Shown here piece by piece: positions 25,154 through 35,234 of a stretch of DNA of 64,000 nt (the stretch's first letter is position 1; each line of letters opens with the position of its first letter). The position numbers and the translations under genes are program-made. This DNA is from a virus. Location: the IMG/VR virus record IMGVR_UViG_3300010354_000044, positions 107,985 through 171,984 of that record, one strand, 5' to 3'. A model generated the notes under the pieces. The model had not been told where the DNA came from. It made no database searches and worked only from the letters and a program-made list of their open reading frames with translations.

Positions 25154-27622
25154 ATGGCTATTGTTAACCACAATCCCGGACCGGAGGTTACAAGCAATGT
25201 TCCGGGCGAACCCAAGCGACTTCAATCCCATCTAACAGTTGATGAGGGAGGTATCTCTCTATTAACAAGTACGCTGACTAATACGCTATACCCCGACATT
25301 GTAAGGACGGTGGTCAGGGAGCTACTGAGTAATGCTTATGATGAACATCGTAAGTATGGTGTCACCAAGCGGGTAGATATCAGTCTGCCTACGATGAATG
25401 ATGCAAATCCTGTTTTGATTATCCAGGATTATGCCCATGGTATGAATTATGACTTTCTTACTAACCACCTGCTAGAGATTGGATTTAGCACAAAACGAGC
25501 CACAAACAAGCAAGTCGGAAAGTACGGATTAGGCCTGAAGTCCGCGTGGGGCTACCTCGAAGTGGAAAGGCTAGAGCAGTTTGCTTTAGAGTCTGTATTT
25601 CTAGACTCTGAAACTGGTTCCTTGCGTAAGATCGTGCTGAGCTGCTACCGAGATTCAAAAACAGGTAGCCCGGCTGCAGAAATTATTTACGATGGGCCTG
25701 CCTCTAGTGATGCAGAAACCGGGTGTAAATTTACTATCCCGGTACGTAGGTCAACTATTGATAAAATTGTTACTGAAGTTAGTGAGATTTATAATGAAGC
25801 TCACCTAAATGTTATTAACAAGCCTCAGAAGTTCTGGGGATGGCCTAACTTTGAAGGTAAGCACACTATCTTCACCTTTAACGGGGAGCTGTCAGAGCTA
25901 AACTATGAATTGACCTATGTCTGTAATGAGAACGTTAAGTCGTCGTTTCTACCTTCGCCTACCTGTGATGCTAGAATCTACGTTGCGGACATGCCGTACA
26001 CTGCTAATGAGTTGTTGCCAGGCTGTTGGTCCGAACCGACTGAGTTCTGTGCATACCTTAGGAACCGGGGAGACTTACTTCGCTCGGCCCCTGCAAGTCA
26101 GTTTGCCTGCTTTTATCTAAAAATCCATGTAAAGGAGTTAGGTGCTATTGCGTTATCTCCTGACCGGACCCGTATCCTGAGCGAGTCTCACAAAAAGGTT
26201 GTTACCTGGTTCAGGGAGATACGTCACAAATTCCTCGCTGAAATGCAGAATACGTTAAATAGCCTCAATAACCCTATTGAAGCATTTGGGTATCTAAAAG
26301 AGCATTTCCATGAGGAACCATCTTGCATCTACTGGCGAAACGGGTACTACCCATCCAAGCGTTATATTACCCACCGGAATTACACTGACGTTCTAGAATC
26401 CTACGATAATGATAATAATCAAGTTAATACAGCCCGCCCCCGGCCCCTTACTCGGCTAATTACGGCTGCTATTAGCAATCGCTCAGTAAGCTTGGCCAAG
26501 GTGTACTTCTACTGTCCTGAAGCTAATAACCTCCTAGCACTGCCACCTAAGCGGTTAACGGAGGTAAAAGATTTCTTTATGTCCATTGAGGACTTTAAGA
26601 CCTTCAAGATTATTCTGACAAAGACTGACTGTAAACCCTTTACAGAAAAGCAGATTAAGGATAAAGGACTAGAAAATACTAGCTTTTGCTTAGTTAGATG
26701 TAAAAATAGGGACAGCATACCGACACCTTTAAAACAGACAAAAGATTATTTATCTGATTTGGGCATAAATTTTGAGGAGTACCAACAGAAGGACGCCAAT
26801 AAGAGAAAGCTTGAAAGTCTATGGATTGGGTTATACAAGACCGAGAACTTGAGAAATAGCGACGATGTACCTGAGAAGCTTACTAAGGAGGAATGGGTAA
26901 AGCTATTAAATACCAAAGGTTTTGCTTTTAAGAAAAAGGATAATTACCATTATGGTTCAAGAGGAGATAGCTTTCTGATGGAACAAGGCGTCCCACTAGT
27001 GCTGGCTACTGATAGTGCTTACAAGGCATTATTAGAAGCAAGTAAAGGTGTTACTGTAAATAAGGACTTAATAGTTGAAGGGTTTGGGTCCGCAGAGAAA
27101 GTTATTATTAGTTTGCTAGAGCATCTGCGGGAAACCTACCCCGAACTAGACCGGGTTATGTATTTTGCTGAGTCTAATACCCTAAGTAAAATTCAGTTGT
27201 TTGGGCAGGGGGGTATGCCTCTCAGTGATGACATGAAGGACAAAGTACGCGTCCTTGTTAATAGCTACTACGCATACCATGCGGCCCGAAGAGATGGTAA
27301 GCTAAAACAGCTTACATGGCATACGTTCAGAAGCAGCATGCCGTCGGCCTATGCTGATGGGCGGGGGACGTGCATTATCAAATATATGGAGGACCTAGAG
27401 TTTCTAAAAGAGCTTGACAGTTGTTATTACGACGACGTGTTAGAATCTATTAGAACCAACAAACTTTTAAAGTCTATTGAGAACAAACTGCATCTCATTC
27501 AAGAATACATTGCATACAGGATTGCCGGCATCTGCCCGTTAAAATCGGCGTTCCTATGTAACGGTGGTACCTACGACCCCGTAATGCTCCGAGTTTTAGA
27601 CAACTACATCCAAAAACCCTAA
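25154..27622 (+). CDS. rIIA: rIIA-like protein (N-terminal GHKL/Hsp90-type ATPase)
   Basis: LY...VRELLSNAYD, DYAHGM, STKR..N..VGKYGLGLKS; 822 aa; followed by an rIIB-like gene. Confidence 0.8.
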   Translation: MAIVNHNPGPEVTSNVPGEPKRLQSHLTVDEGGISLLTSTLTNTLYPDIVRTVVRELLSNAYDEHRKYGVTKRVDISLPTMNDANPVLIIQDYAHGMNYDFLTNHLLEIGFSTKRATNKQVGKYGLGLKSAWGYLEVERLEQFALESVFLDSETGSLRKIVLSCYRDSKTGSPAAEIIYDGPASSDAETGCKFTIPVRRSTIDKIVTEVSEIYNEAHLNVINKPQKFWGWPNFEGKHTIFTFNGELSELNYELTYVCNENVKSSFLPSPTCDARIYVADMPYTANELLPGCWSEPTEFCAYLRNRGDLLRSAPASQFACFYLKIHVKELGAIALSPDRTRILSESHKKVVTWFREIRHKFLAEMQNTLNSLNNPIEAFGYLKEHFHEEPSCIYWRNGYYPSKRYITHRNYTDVLESYDNDNNQVNTARPRPLTRLITAAISNRSVSLAKVYFYCPEANNLLALPPKRLTEVKDFFMSIEDFKTFKIILTKTDCKPFTEKQIKDKGLENTSFCLVRCKNRDSIPTPLKQTKDYLSDLGINFEEYQQKDANKRKLESLWIGLYKTENLRNSDDVPEKLTKEEWVKLLNTKGFAFKKKDNYHYGSRGDSFLMEQGVPLVLATDSAYKALLEASKGVTVNKDLIVEGFGSAEKVIISLLEHLRETYPELDRVMYFAESNTLSKIQLFGQGGMPLSDDMKDKVRVLVNSYYAYHAARRDGKLKQLTWHTFRSSMPSAYADGRGTCIIKYMEDLEFLKELDSCYYDDVLESIRTNKLLKSIENKLHLIQEYIAYRIAGICPLKSAFLCNGGTYDPVMLRVLDNYIQKP

Positions 27623-27634
27623 GAGGTACTTCTA

Positions 27635-28522
27635 ATGTATAGCTGGACAATGACTGAAGGCAGCCTTTGTGTTGCTAACCAAAACGGCACGACAGTATTC
27701 AATAAGAACAGCACGCCGTTCTTTGAACACCTTGTAGACGCTGTTCTGAATGGTACTCAAGGAGATAATCTTGGAGAGTTTACCTCCAAGAAGTACAAAA
27801 CTATTATGGAAGAACGCTTCCAAAAGTTAAGATCGCACCCTGCGCTATACCAACTTGTCAGTAAGTTTGCAGGCGACTCGGCACCCTTACTGCGAAACGC
27901 AATGACCAACTTCCTGCATAATGTGTTGGAAAATAGACTCGTCGTCCAAAAGATTGAAGATAATTTTGCTGGCACTGAGGACATTATCAACGAGCTTCTG
28001 TCCTTGAACATTGTCCGCAGTGTTCTCGAGAAGAAGGTTGCGCTTACCTTTGACGGCCAGGTTGTATTGTACAACCGGGCCTCCTGGGTTAAGTTTGACG
28101 GCAGCCTGGATAACTGGGCCCAGGACGATATTCCTCTTGTACCTATTCAAGGCAGCTGCGACCAATTGGTAGCGACCATGGATTACGTTAATGGCATGTG
28201 CTCTGACCAAGGCCGTATTAATAGCATCATGGTGAATCCGGCTCACTTGCATCAAGAAGGTTGCAGCGATGACAAAGTCTTTAAGGCACGGGAATACACG
28301 CCGCTGGGCCCTCTGGAAGAAGGCAATGATCCCAATACTGGTGTTCGTCTTATCTACACCCAGTATTGCGATGCCGGCACTCTCCGGGTAAACCTACCCT
28401 TGACCCAGGATAACTGGAATTCGTACTTGTATAGTCTGCGTGGTGCTCGAGTAGAGGGTACTAGCGTAGAGACTGATCTGTTGCAGGTGGAAGCTGTACC
28501 CATGGTAAGCGCTAGTTGCTAG
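27635..28522 (+). CDS. rIIB: rIIB-like protein
   Basis: Directly after rIIA-like; FL.NV.EN, LTFDG..V.Y, DY, VNP, K..EY are degenerate rIIB motifs. Confidence 0.6.
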   Translation: MYSWTMTEGSLCVANQNGTTVFNKNSTPFFEHLVDAVLNGTQGDNLGEFTSKKYKTIMEERFQKLRSHPALYQLVSKFAGDSAPLLRNAMTNFLHNVLENRLVVQKIEDNFAGTEDIINELLSLNIVRSVLEKKVALTFDGQVVLYNRASWVKFDGSLDNWAQDDIPLVPIQGSCDQLVATMDYVNGMCSDQGRINSIMVNPAHLHQEGCSDDKVFKAREYTPLGPLEEGNDPNTGVRLIYTQYCDAGTLRVNLPLTQDNWNSYLYSLRGARVEGTSVETDLLQVEAVPMVSASC

Positions 28523-28556
28523 ATTTAAGCTCCTCGTAGCTAAGTACGTAAAAGAA

Positions 28557-28593
28557 GGCCGCTGATACTCATCAGCGGCTCTCTCTTTTTTTT
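28557..28593 (+). terminator. rho-independent terminator
   Basis: GCCGCTGAT-ACTC-ATCAGCGGC followed by T-run. Confidence 0.75.
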
Positions 28594-28635
28594 ACTTTTC
28601 AGTATACTTATAAAGAGTTATATTAAAAAGTAATA

Positions 28636-29130
28636 ATGGATATAAAGCACGGGAGTAAAGCTGATAGCAGCTTAGGTCACTTAACTAACAGTCTTAAAGA
28701 ATGCAGGGGAGATAGCACGGCTATCTCACTAATGGTTCTAAATAATTACACTAAGCTCTACGCGGACCCACAGGGCTTAATTAATGCCATTAAAGAGTTG
28801 CCGACCTATCCCCACTCTTTAATTTATTTGCTGGAAATGGTAGCAGACCATCTCTACATCACCCAAGAATTTATAGGTACCGGAAATCAGTTACACCTTG
28901 AGTTGCTTAAAAATAGGGATATTAGGCGTAAACTTCAAGTAAACGCCTTCAGAGCCTTGCAAGCATCGTCTATGGAAGATTTACCTACCACAGCAACTTG
29001 GGTACTAACTTATCTAAGAAAGATTAATATCCTGTGGCCTTCGTTAATGCTGTATGAGAAAGCTCTACTCTATAACTATAAGCTAGGAAGGAAGTCTCAA
29101 CAGCCGTCGGTAAAACCTTACATTTTGTGA
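28636..29130 (+). CDS. hypothetical protein
   Basis: 164-aa ORF. Confidence 0.65.
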   Translation: MDIKHGSKADSSLGHLTNSLKECRGDSTAISLMVLNNYTKLYADPQGLINAIKELPTYPHSLIYLLEMVADHLYITQEFIGTGNQLHLELLKNRDIRRKLQVNAFRALQASSMEDLPTTATWVLTYLRKINILWPSLMLYEKALLYNYKLGRKSQQPSVKPYIL

Positions 29131-29213
29131 GCTAGCTCACCGCTGTATATAATTTTTACGCTATAAGTGTGGTCAACTTATAGAATAATGGTATACACTA
29201 TGTACTTAATTAC

Positions 29214-30536
29214 ATGGTATACGCAATGACTAGGAAGCCTTCTGGGACTAAATCTACCGACCTAACACAAGGTTCATTTGACTACAGCCAATTTGGGATT
29301 AATAGCGCCCGGCTTCAAGGACTTACAGAATCAATCAAAACCCGGTTTCGGGACAGCTACATTGCTATGATTGATGTAGGTAATTACCTGATTGAAGTAA
29401 AGGACCTCCTAGAGCACGGTGAGTTCACCGAATGGATTAGGTTAGAACTAGAGCCTGCTTTTGGGTTAACCTACTCTAAGGTTAATAACGTAATGAACCT
29501 AGCTAAGGAGTACGAATCAGTTAAGGGAACCCCGCACGAGGCTGCGTTTCATACAATTGCATCTAATGAACTGGCGGCCATTTATAGACTTAGTACAGCT
29601 GATACCGTTCTTAAGAGCGCCATCTACGAAGCAACATCAGAGGTCAATATCCCGTCTAGAAAAAGCATTGAGCAAGCTAAAGCTATTGTGCGCAAGCACA
29701 ATCTAGAGCAGCAGGAAATCACCCCGGAGGCCCGGGCTTATTTAGCTCAGTCTGCAATTGCAGAGGATGTCCGTGAGCTACAACGCATTGAAAAATTACC
29801 TAAGAAGACTCAATTGTTAGTTAGCAAAGCCCTGGTTTGCGGCGCTGCTGCCTCTACAAAAGAAGCCCTTCAGCAGATAAAAGAAAGTAAGGAGCCCGAA
29901 GCCAGCACTATAGATACAGTAGCCGTTACTATACCGGACGCCATTAACCCTAAGGATTTTCTAAAGGTCTACACTGGAACACCTATCACAGCTATAAAGA
30001 AGATTCCCGACGATAGTATTAACATAGCTATTATAGAGGCTCCCTTAAAGTTTGACTGGGTTCAAGTAGAATTCCCACTTTTGCTAAAAACTATTGAGCC
30101 TAAACTTAAAGCCGGTGGTCTCGCTATTATCTCAATGGGTCATAAGGCCATCTGCGCTACCTACGATATAGTTGAGGCCTGTGGTTTACATGTGCTACAG
30201 CCTTTGGTGCTTCGGCTACAACCCGGGCGCACGTCTACTATTATTGGCGTGAACATTATGACAGCTAGTCGATTAGCGTTATGCTGCTTCAAGTCTCCTT
30301 ACCGGCAGCCTCAGGGGTTAGTTGTTGACCTTCAAACCGTAGGACAAGAGGATGATACCCAGGATTCTGTCCCTTCTGGTATTGAAGCCGGGTTTGGAAA
30401 GTTTCTAACGCAGTTTAGCCACGCCGAAGATACTGTAGCCCATATCCAATTAAGTCCCTCCTTAAATTTTGGAATGCGCGACTACTTAGTAGAAACATCT
30501 AAATCATTTGCTAATCAGTTCATATGTGTTGGCTAG
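29214..30536 (+). CDS. DUF3102-like N-terminal domain fused to a degenerate DNA-methyltransferase-like domain
   Basis: IDVGNYLIEVKDLLEHGEFTEWI; C-terminal IPDDSINIAIIEAP..LKAGG lacks DPPY and FxGxG. Confidence 0.6.
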   Translation: MVYAMTRKPSGTKSTDLTQGSFDYSQFGINSARLQGLTESIKTRFRDSYIAMIDVGNYLIEVKDLLEHGEFTEWIRLELEPAFGLTYSKVNNVMNLAKEYESVKGTPHEAAFHTIASNELAAIYRLSTADTVLKSAIYEATSEVNIPSRKSIEQAKAIVRKHNLEQQEITPEARAYLAQSAIAEDVRELQRIEKLPKKTQLLVSKALVCGAAASTKEALQQIKESKEPEASTIDTVAVTIPDAINPKDFLKVYTGTPITAIKKIPDDSINIAIIEAPLKFDWVQVEFPLLLKTIEPKLKAGGLAIISMGHKAICATYDIVEACGLHVLQPLVLRLQPGRTSTIIGVNIMTASRLALCCFKSPYRQPQGLVVDLQTVGQEDDTQDSVPSGIEAGFGKFLTQFSHAEDTVAHIQLSPSLNFGMRDYLVETSKSFANQFICVG

Positions 30537-30583
30537 ACTAGTACACTTAAAATACCCATAATGCTATCAGCTATGGGTATAAC

Positions 30584-31591
30584 ATGAAAAGACTAGTTGT
30601 TTGCTGTGATGGAACGTGGAATCACCTTGATTTACAAACCCCTAGTAATGTAGTTGAGCTTGTAAAATCGTGTAAGTCCCGAGCCAGTGATGGTATTACA
30701 CAGGTTTTACACTACAACTCAGGTATTGGAACAGAAACGGATCTGAAAACTACTTTACTAGGCGGGGCATTTGGCAGAGGTCTAAATCAAGATATCAAAG
30801 AGACCTACCGGTTTCTGTGCCTGAATTACGAATATGGCGATGAGATTTATTTATTCGGATTTAGCCGCGGCGCTTACACAGCACGAAGCCTAGCGGGCTT
30901 AATTTACTGCTCCGGGCTACTACCTCGTCATTATATTGATGCGAGTAATATAGCTTGGAGGAATTACAGAAACAAACACAGGCCCAACTCTGAGCATTGT
31001 AAAGAGTTTAGAGAAGCTTATAGTAGTCGTTCTACGCCTATTACCGTTTTAGGCTGCTGGGATACTGTAGGGGCCTTGGGCATCCCTACTCCTTTTAATC
31101 TCTTCAAGAAAAACGGTTTCCACGACCTGTATTTAAATCGTAGTATTCAATACGCATTTCATGCTATGGCCCTAGACGAGCATCGGCGTATCTTTAACGT
31201 AACTCCTATGTATGCCACACCAGAAACTGAGCTAGTTAATGCTTGGTTTCCAGGACATCACGGCTGTGTTGGCGGAGGCACTGGTATATTAAAACCCTTA
31301 TCTAACATTGCTTTACTATGGATGATTGACCAAGTCACTTTGTATACCGACCTGGATCTTAATCGCCCGCAGGTAGATACAAACCCAAGCTGCATCTTTA
31401 AGAATTCGCTCGGGTTTTATCGGATTCTAGGCAGACATTATAGGTCTGTGCCTGATTATAGTGAGCTGCACCCTAGTATCCTGCAGCGTCTTGATGACCT
31501 ACCAAGCTATAAACCTAAGAATTTAAAGGATCTAAAACGCGCACAGCACCCGCCTACTAGGGGAACTAACCTAAAAGAACATCTTAATTAG
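30584..31591 (+). CDS. DUF2235 (Tle1-like) alpha/beta hydrolase
   Basis: CCDGTWN, FGFSRGAYTAR, WDTVG, ALDEHR, WFPGHH..VGGG. Confidence 0.92.
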   Translation: MKRLVVCCDGTWNHLDLQTPSNVVELVKSCKSRASDGITQVLHYNSGIGTETDLKTTLLGGAFGRGLNQDIKETYRFLCLNYEYGDEIYLFGFSRGAYTARSLAGLIYCSGLLPRHYIDASNIAWRNYRNKHRPNSEHCKEFREAYSSRSTPITVLGCWDTVGALGIPTPFNLFKKNGFHDLYLNRSIQYAFHAMALDEHRRIFNVTPMYATPETELVNAWFPGHHGCVGGGTGILKPLSNIALLWMIDQVTLYTDLDLNRPQVDTNPSCIFKNSLGFYRILGRHYRSVPDYSELHPSILQRLDDLPSYKPKNLKDLKRAQHPPTRGTNLKEHLN

Positions 31592-33745
31592 GGGTGTAAT
31601 TGGGCTAATTGTTCGGCTACTATTATTTTTAAGAAGGAAACCATCCATAGCCTTGGCTTCTACCATAATACCTGTAGTATCTTCTAGGGTATCTGCAAAG
31701 TAATTACCTGGCGCAATTTCGGTCTCCCAACTAGGCTGAAATAAAACATCATTGGCTTTGATGTTATTGAATGTTACCGGTAATTCACAACTAACAGTAA
31801 CACTATTAGCCGGGCTACCTTTAGCTGTAATTTCTACCGCAGCGACTTCCTTGTAATTACGTAAGATATAGGCTCGGCCAAGCCTGAACTCGTTACTAAC
31901 AGCAGAACTTAATGTAATAGTCCCCGACGCGGTCGGGCTAGGTGTAATAACCAACTGGCTAATGCTAGCGCTTGTCTCTACCGTAAATCCAATACCCGGT
32001 GAAGTTGCTTCAAGAATAAAAGCTGTGGAATTTGAAGTGTAGGTAATGGAACGCACAGTCGTTAGTGCACGAGTAGAGATGGCATCTTCAATTTCACCGT
32101 ATAGGCCCTGGATAATAGCAATCCTCTTACTTTCAATCCCAGTACTATTATTAGGAGTCGTGAACGAAAATTTCTGTCCGTCAATAATCACAAACCCTGT
32201 AAACGCTCCTTGTATTAAAGTAGCATTAGTTCCTTGTGGTTCTACGGCAGTACAAAGCACCTGTTGGCGAGCAGTTACACTAACTGGGCTAACGTCAGCA
32301 CCAATAGTCGTACTAAAGAACCGGGTCATGGGGAAGCGAATAAACGATTTCTCGCCTGCTCTTAATGTAATAGGTGTAAAAACAAAACGACCCTTGCCCT
32401 CAGATACGGGTACTTTGTAGTCTAAAAGGAATAAACAGTTTAACATTCCCGGGATGGGGAGCGGCGTCGTCTGTAGATTAACAGATGTATTCGTCCCCTC
32501 TATCAAAGGGACTTGATCAATCTCGTCATCAATAGCAGACTTAAAGACCATAAAGTCTTTAATAACTCTAACTGCTTGCGGGGTAAAATCTAAAGGCCCC
32601 TGACTCGCTACAAAATTACTATTGTTCAATAGCAACTGAGCTCGTAACTCGTAGTCTACATACAACCTAACACTATGATTAGGTTTGTTTCTAATAATTA
32701 CCTGAGCAGTTTGAGGTAACAGCGCTGTATCATTTAAAACAAGATTGCCGCAGGTAACTCTTAGTTTACTGTCAATAATGTCAGCGCGAACATTTCCGGC
32801 AGAAAATATAACACCATCCCCCTCCCAATCCTCAAGCGTAAATCGGCACGTCCACTCAGACGCTGAACTACCTGTACTCAAACCTGCGAAAGGAGATTGA
32901 GGGTAAATCAGAACCTCTGAAGCTCTAGTAGGGGTTCCAAATGTGCTCTCAATAAAGCTCGTAGGGAACGGATAAGCCTCTAGCTGAAAGCCTCCTAACC
33001 CTAACGTTGACTGAGCCCCTAGCTGCAGTAAGATCGTTACAGTGGTTTCATAATTGCTAGGTACCGCCGCAGTAGGGTTAATACCAACATTAGTATTATA
33101 ATTTTCTTGATAACTAACGTTGGGAATATTAGAAACCGTACCCACCGCAAATTGAAGCACGACCCGCTTGAATTTAGCTATATCATTCTGAAAGGGTTGG
33201 TTGGTACCCCAGAAAGTATCTAAATTAATGCCATCTAACTCCGCATTGGTAATACTGTTACTACCATCAAATGAGATAGCACCGTTAAGGACTGATAGTT
33301 TATCAGAGCTAGTAACTAACCCCGCCAACGAGCTAATGTAGGCCGATAGGGTATAGAAGCCCGGCTTTAAATTCACCTGCTGGTAAATTACCCTACTCGG
33401 CAGACTACCTCCCCCACTCGCCGATACCTTATCTGTAAGGTAGTTCTTGGTCATTGACAGATCAGTATCCCGATTGACAGCGACCTCCGAACCAATAGTC
33501 CACGCAGGAGCCTCAATTTGCTGCGGAGATGCAATAAGGTTAGTCGTACCTGGCTCTAACAGTAGCCCACCCCCATTTAACAAGCGAGGCTCATGGATAT
33601 TAGATTCTTTAAGAGAGTACCCGCGCGATTCAATGAATGGCACGTAAGCAGCAGAGGCTCTTTTAAAGGTGGGGATGACACCATTAGCCGGCAAAATAGT
33701 ACCGGTTAGGTTAAAAATAGTTTCTCTAGCTAGATTAATTGGCAT
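31571..33745 (-). CDS. virion tail/spike fibre protein with carbohydrate-binding/LamG-like domains
   Basis: TFKRASAA...EPR...GLLLEPGTTNLI and QLEA..FPTSFI...TRA motifs typical of phage spike/fibre proteins; beta-rich. Confidence 0.7.
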   Translation of the reverse strand: MPINLARETIFNLTGTILPANGVIPTFKRASAAYVPFIESRGYSLKESNIHEPRLLNGGGLLLEPGTTNLIASPQQIEAPAWTIGSEVAVNRDTDLSMTKNYLTDKVSASGGGSLPSRVIYQQVNLKPGFYTLSAYISSLAGLVTSSDKLSVLNGAISFDGSNSITNAELDGINLDTFWGTNQPFQNDIAKFKRVVLQFAVGTVSNIPNVSYQENYNTNVGINPTAAVPSNYETTVTILLQLGAQSTLGLGGFQLEAYPFPTSFIESTFGTPTRASEVLIYPQSPFAGLSTGSSASEWTCRFTLEDWEGDGVIFSAGNVRADIIDSKLRVTCGNLVLNDTALLPQTAQVIIRNKPNHSVRLYVDYELRAQLLLNNSNFVASQGPLDFTPQAVRVIKDFMVFKSAIDDEIDQVPLIEGTNTSVNLQTTPLPIPGMLNCLFLLDYKVPVSEGKGRFVFTPITLRAGEKSFIRFPMTRFFSTTIGADVSPVSVTARQQVLCTAVEPQGTNATLIQGAFTGFVIIDGQKFSFTTPNNSTGIESKRIAIIQGLYGEIEDAISTRALTTVRSITYTSNSTAFILEATSPGIGFTVETSASISQLVITPSPTASGTITLSSAVSNEFRLGRAYILRNYKEVAAVEITAKGSPANSVTVSCELPVTFNNIKANDVLFQPSWETEIAPGNYFADTLEDTTGIMVEAKAMDGFLLKNNSSRTISPITPLIKMFF

Positions 33746-33759
33746 ACTAACCGTTTACT

Positions 33760-34425
33760 TTAGTAACTTAATGGGGCTTTATTGGTATCAAACTTTAATA
33801 TTGGATTGCCAATACCCTTGGCGGAGGACTCTAAGGCCTTTCGCATATGGGTAAACTGACTCAGCATTTCCACCCTATCTTCCTGTGGAAGCTCTGTGAT
33901 GGTTTCAATGAAACTACTAGGAAGACCAACGATGGATTCTAATAGCTGTGCTGTCAACTTCTTGCCGGTATTCAGCTTTACATTCTCACTCATTAACTGC
34001 TGGTAAGTCTCTTCATCCAACATTTCAAAGTTTATACCAGCTTCTTCACAGGCCTTATCCATCAAGTGGCGGCAATGCTTTAGTTCCCTCTCCGCATCCG
34101 CACGTTGAATAGCAATGAACTCTATACCGCTCTCTAGCTGCTCAATCTCAATTTCTAAGAGTTTCCTCTGGGCGGTTAGATAATTAGCTGCGGGGGTGTC
34201 TCCAGCCTCTTCTGCTTTACCAATAGAAACATCCTGGATAGCTAACTCAGCTCTCTTCACTTCAATCTGCTGAGCTAACTTGCGGACCTCGAATTCTGCA
34301 TTGACTAATGCCCGCTCTTTGTCTAAAGCTTGTAGGTAGCAGGCTCTATGTTTACCAATAAACGTAGGCTGCGCGTGGTAGATCCAGTCAAGCTGAGTAT
34401 TACTATTTGTAGAAAGTTGTATCAT
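33760..34425 (-). CDS. coiled-coil protein in tail module (possible fibre assembly chaperone)
   Basis: Long heptad repeats; position in the module. Confidence 0.55.
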   Translation of the reverse strand: MIQLSTNSNTQLDWIYHAQPTFIGKHRACYLQALDKERALVNAEFEVRKLAQQIEVKRAELAIQDVSIGKAEEAGDTPAANYLTAQRKLLEIEIEQLESGIEFIAIQRADAERELKHCRHLMDKACEEAGINFEMLDEETYQQLMSENVKLNTGKKLTAQLLESIVGLPSSFIETITELPQEDRVEMLSQFTHMRKALESSAKGIGNPILKFDTNKAPLSY

Positions 34426-34718
34426 AGCCCTAACCTACTTGTTCCGTTTGTATTGTTACCCTGCAACTGCGCGCCTACTACTTCTAGTGACTGGCGATCC
34501 AATGGGTAACCAAATACCGCACTACTAACAATCTGGGTGGGCCCATTTACATCGGGAACCTCAGGACCATCAACGTTTCTAAACCGGGTAACTGGTAGGT
34601 ACTGAGAAATGTAGCGTTCTGTTGTATACGTTAACTCTTGTACAGTACCTGTATAAGCTACAGTTCGTAGATTACCCTGGTCATATACACGAATATCGTT
34701 AAGTGTCGTGAACTGCAT
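34422..34718 (-). CDS. hypothetical protein in tail module
   Basis: 98 aa, 4-nt overlap. Confidence 0.6.
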   Translation of the reverse strand: MQFTTLNDIRVYDQGNLRTVAYTGTVQELTYTTERYISQYLPVTRFRNVDGPEVPDVNGPTQIVSSAVFGYPLDRQSLEVVGAQLQGNNTNGTSRLGL

Positions 34719-34719
34719 A

Positions 34720-35229
34720 TTAAATAATAGGTACTAAATCAAACTGTTGGCCCGACTGAGAAAATAGCTTTAAACCTAAAGCGGTGTTTCTAACTTCATA
34801 AATTTCGTCGGTTATATCTGATGAGGGAAACCAAGGCTCTGCCGGACTACTGCCTTCAACATTCTTTAACCAGTAAATGGTTTTCTTGAATTGAAACGTC
34901 TTCATTGTAGACCCAGTACCTACTGTAAACCGGTAGTAAATAACCTGGGTATATTTAGTCCCGGGAGTCTGTTTAGTAGGTGCCTGGTTCACAACATAGT
35001 AAATAGTCTCTGCACTCCGCCCTAGCTGGTTAGGGTCCCACCAGTAAGTTTTATAAGCAGCCTTTTGGACATAGGGCCGCGCATCTACTGTAGATTTCGG
35101 GTGCGCGTTCTCCGGCTCTACTAATCCAGCCTGGCTCTCCGCCCCTACATAAGTAAATTGATTTCCCGATTTGGTTGGAATAACCAAACGGGTTTCAATC
35201 GTCTCAAATGGGTTCTCAAATTTAGCCAT
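34720..35229 (-). CDS. hypothetical virion protein
   Basis: 169 aa in tail operon. Confidence 0.65.
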   Translation of the reverse strand: MAKFENPFETIETRLVIPTKSGNQFTYVGAESQAGLVEPENAHPKSTVDARPYVQKAAYKTYWWDPNQLGRSAETIYYVVNQAPTKQTPGTKYTQVIYYRFTVGTGSTMKTFQFKKTIYWLKNVEGSSPAEPWFPSSDITDEIYEVRNTALGLKLFSQSGQQFDLVPII

Positions 35230-35234
35230 AGTAA

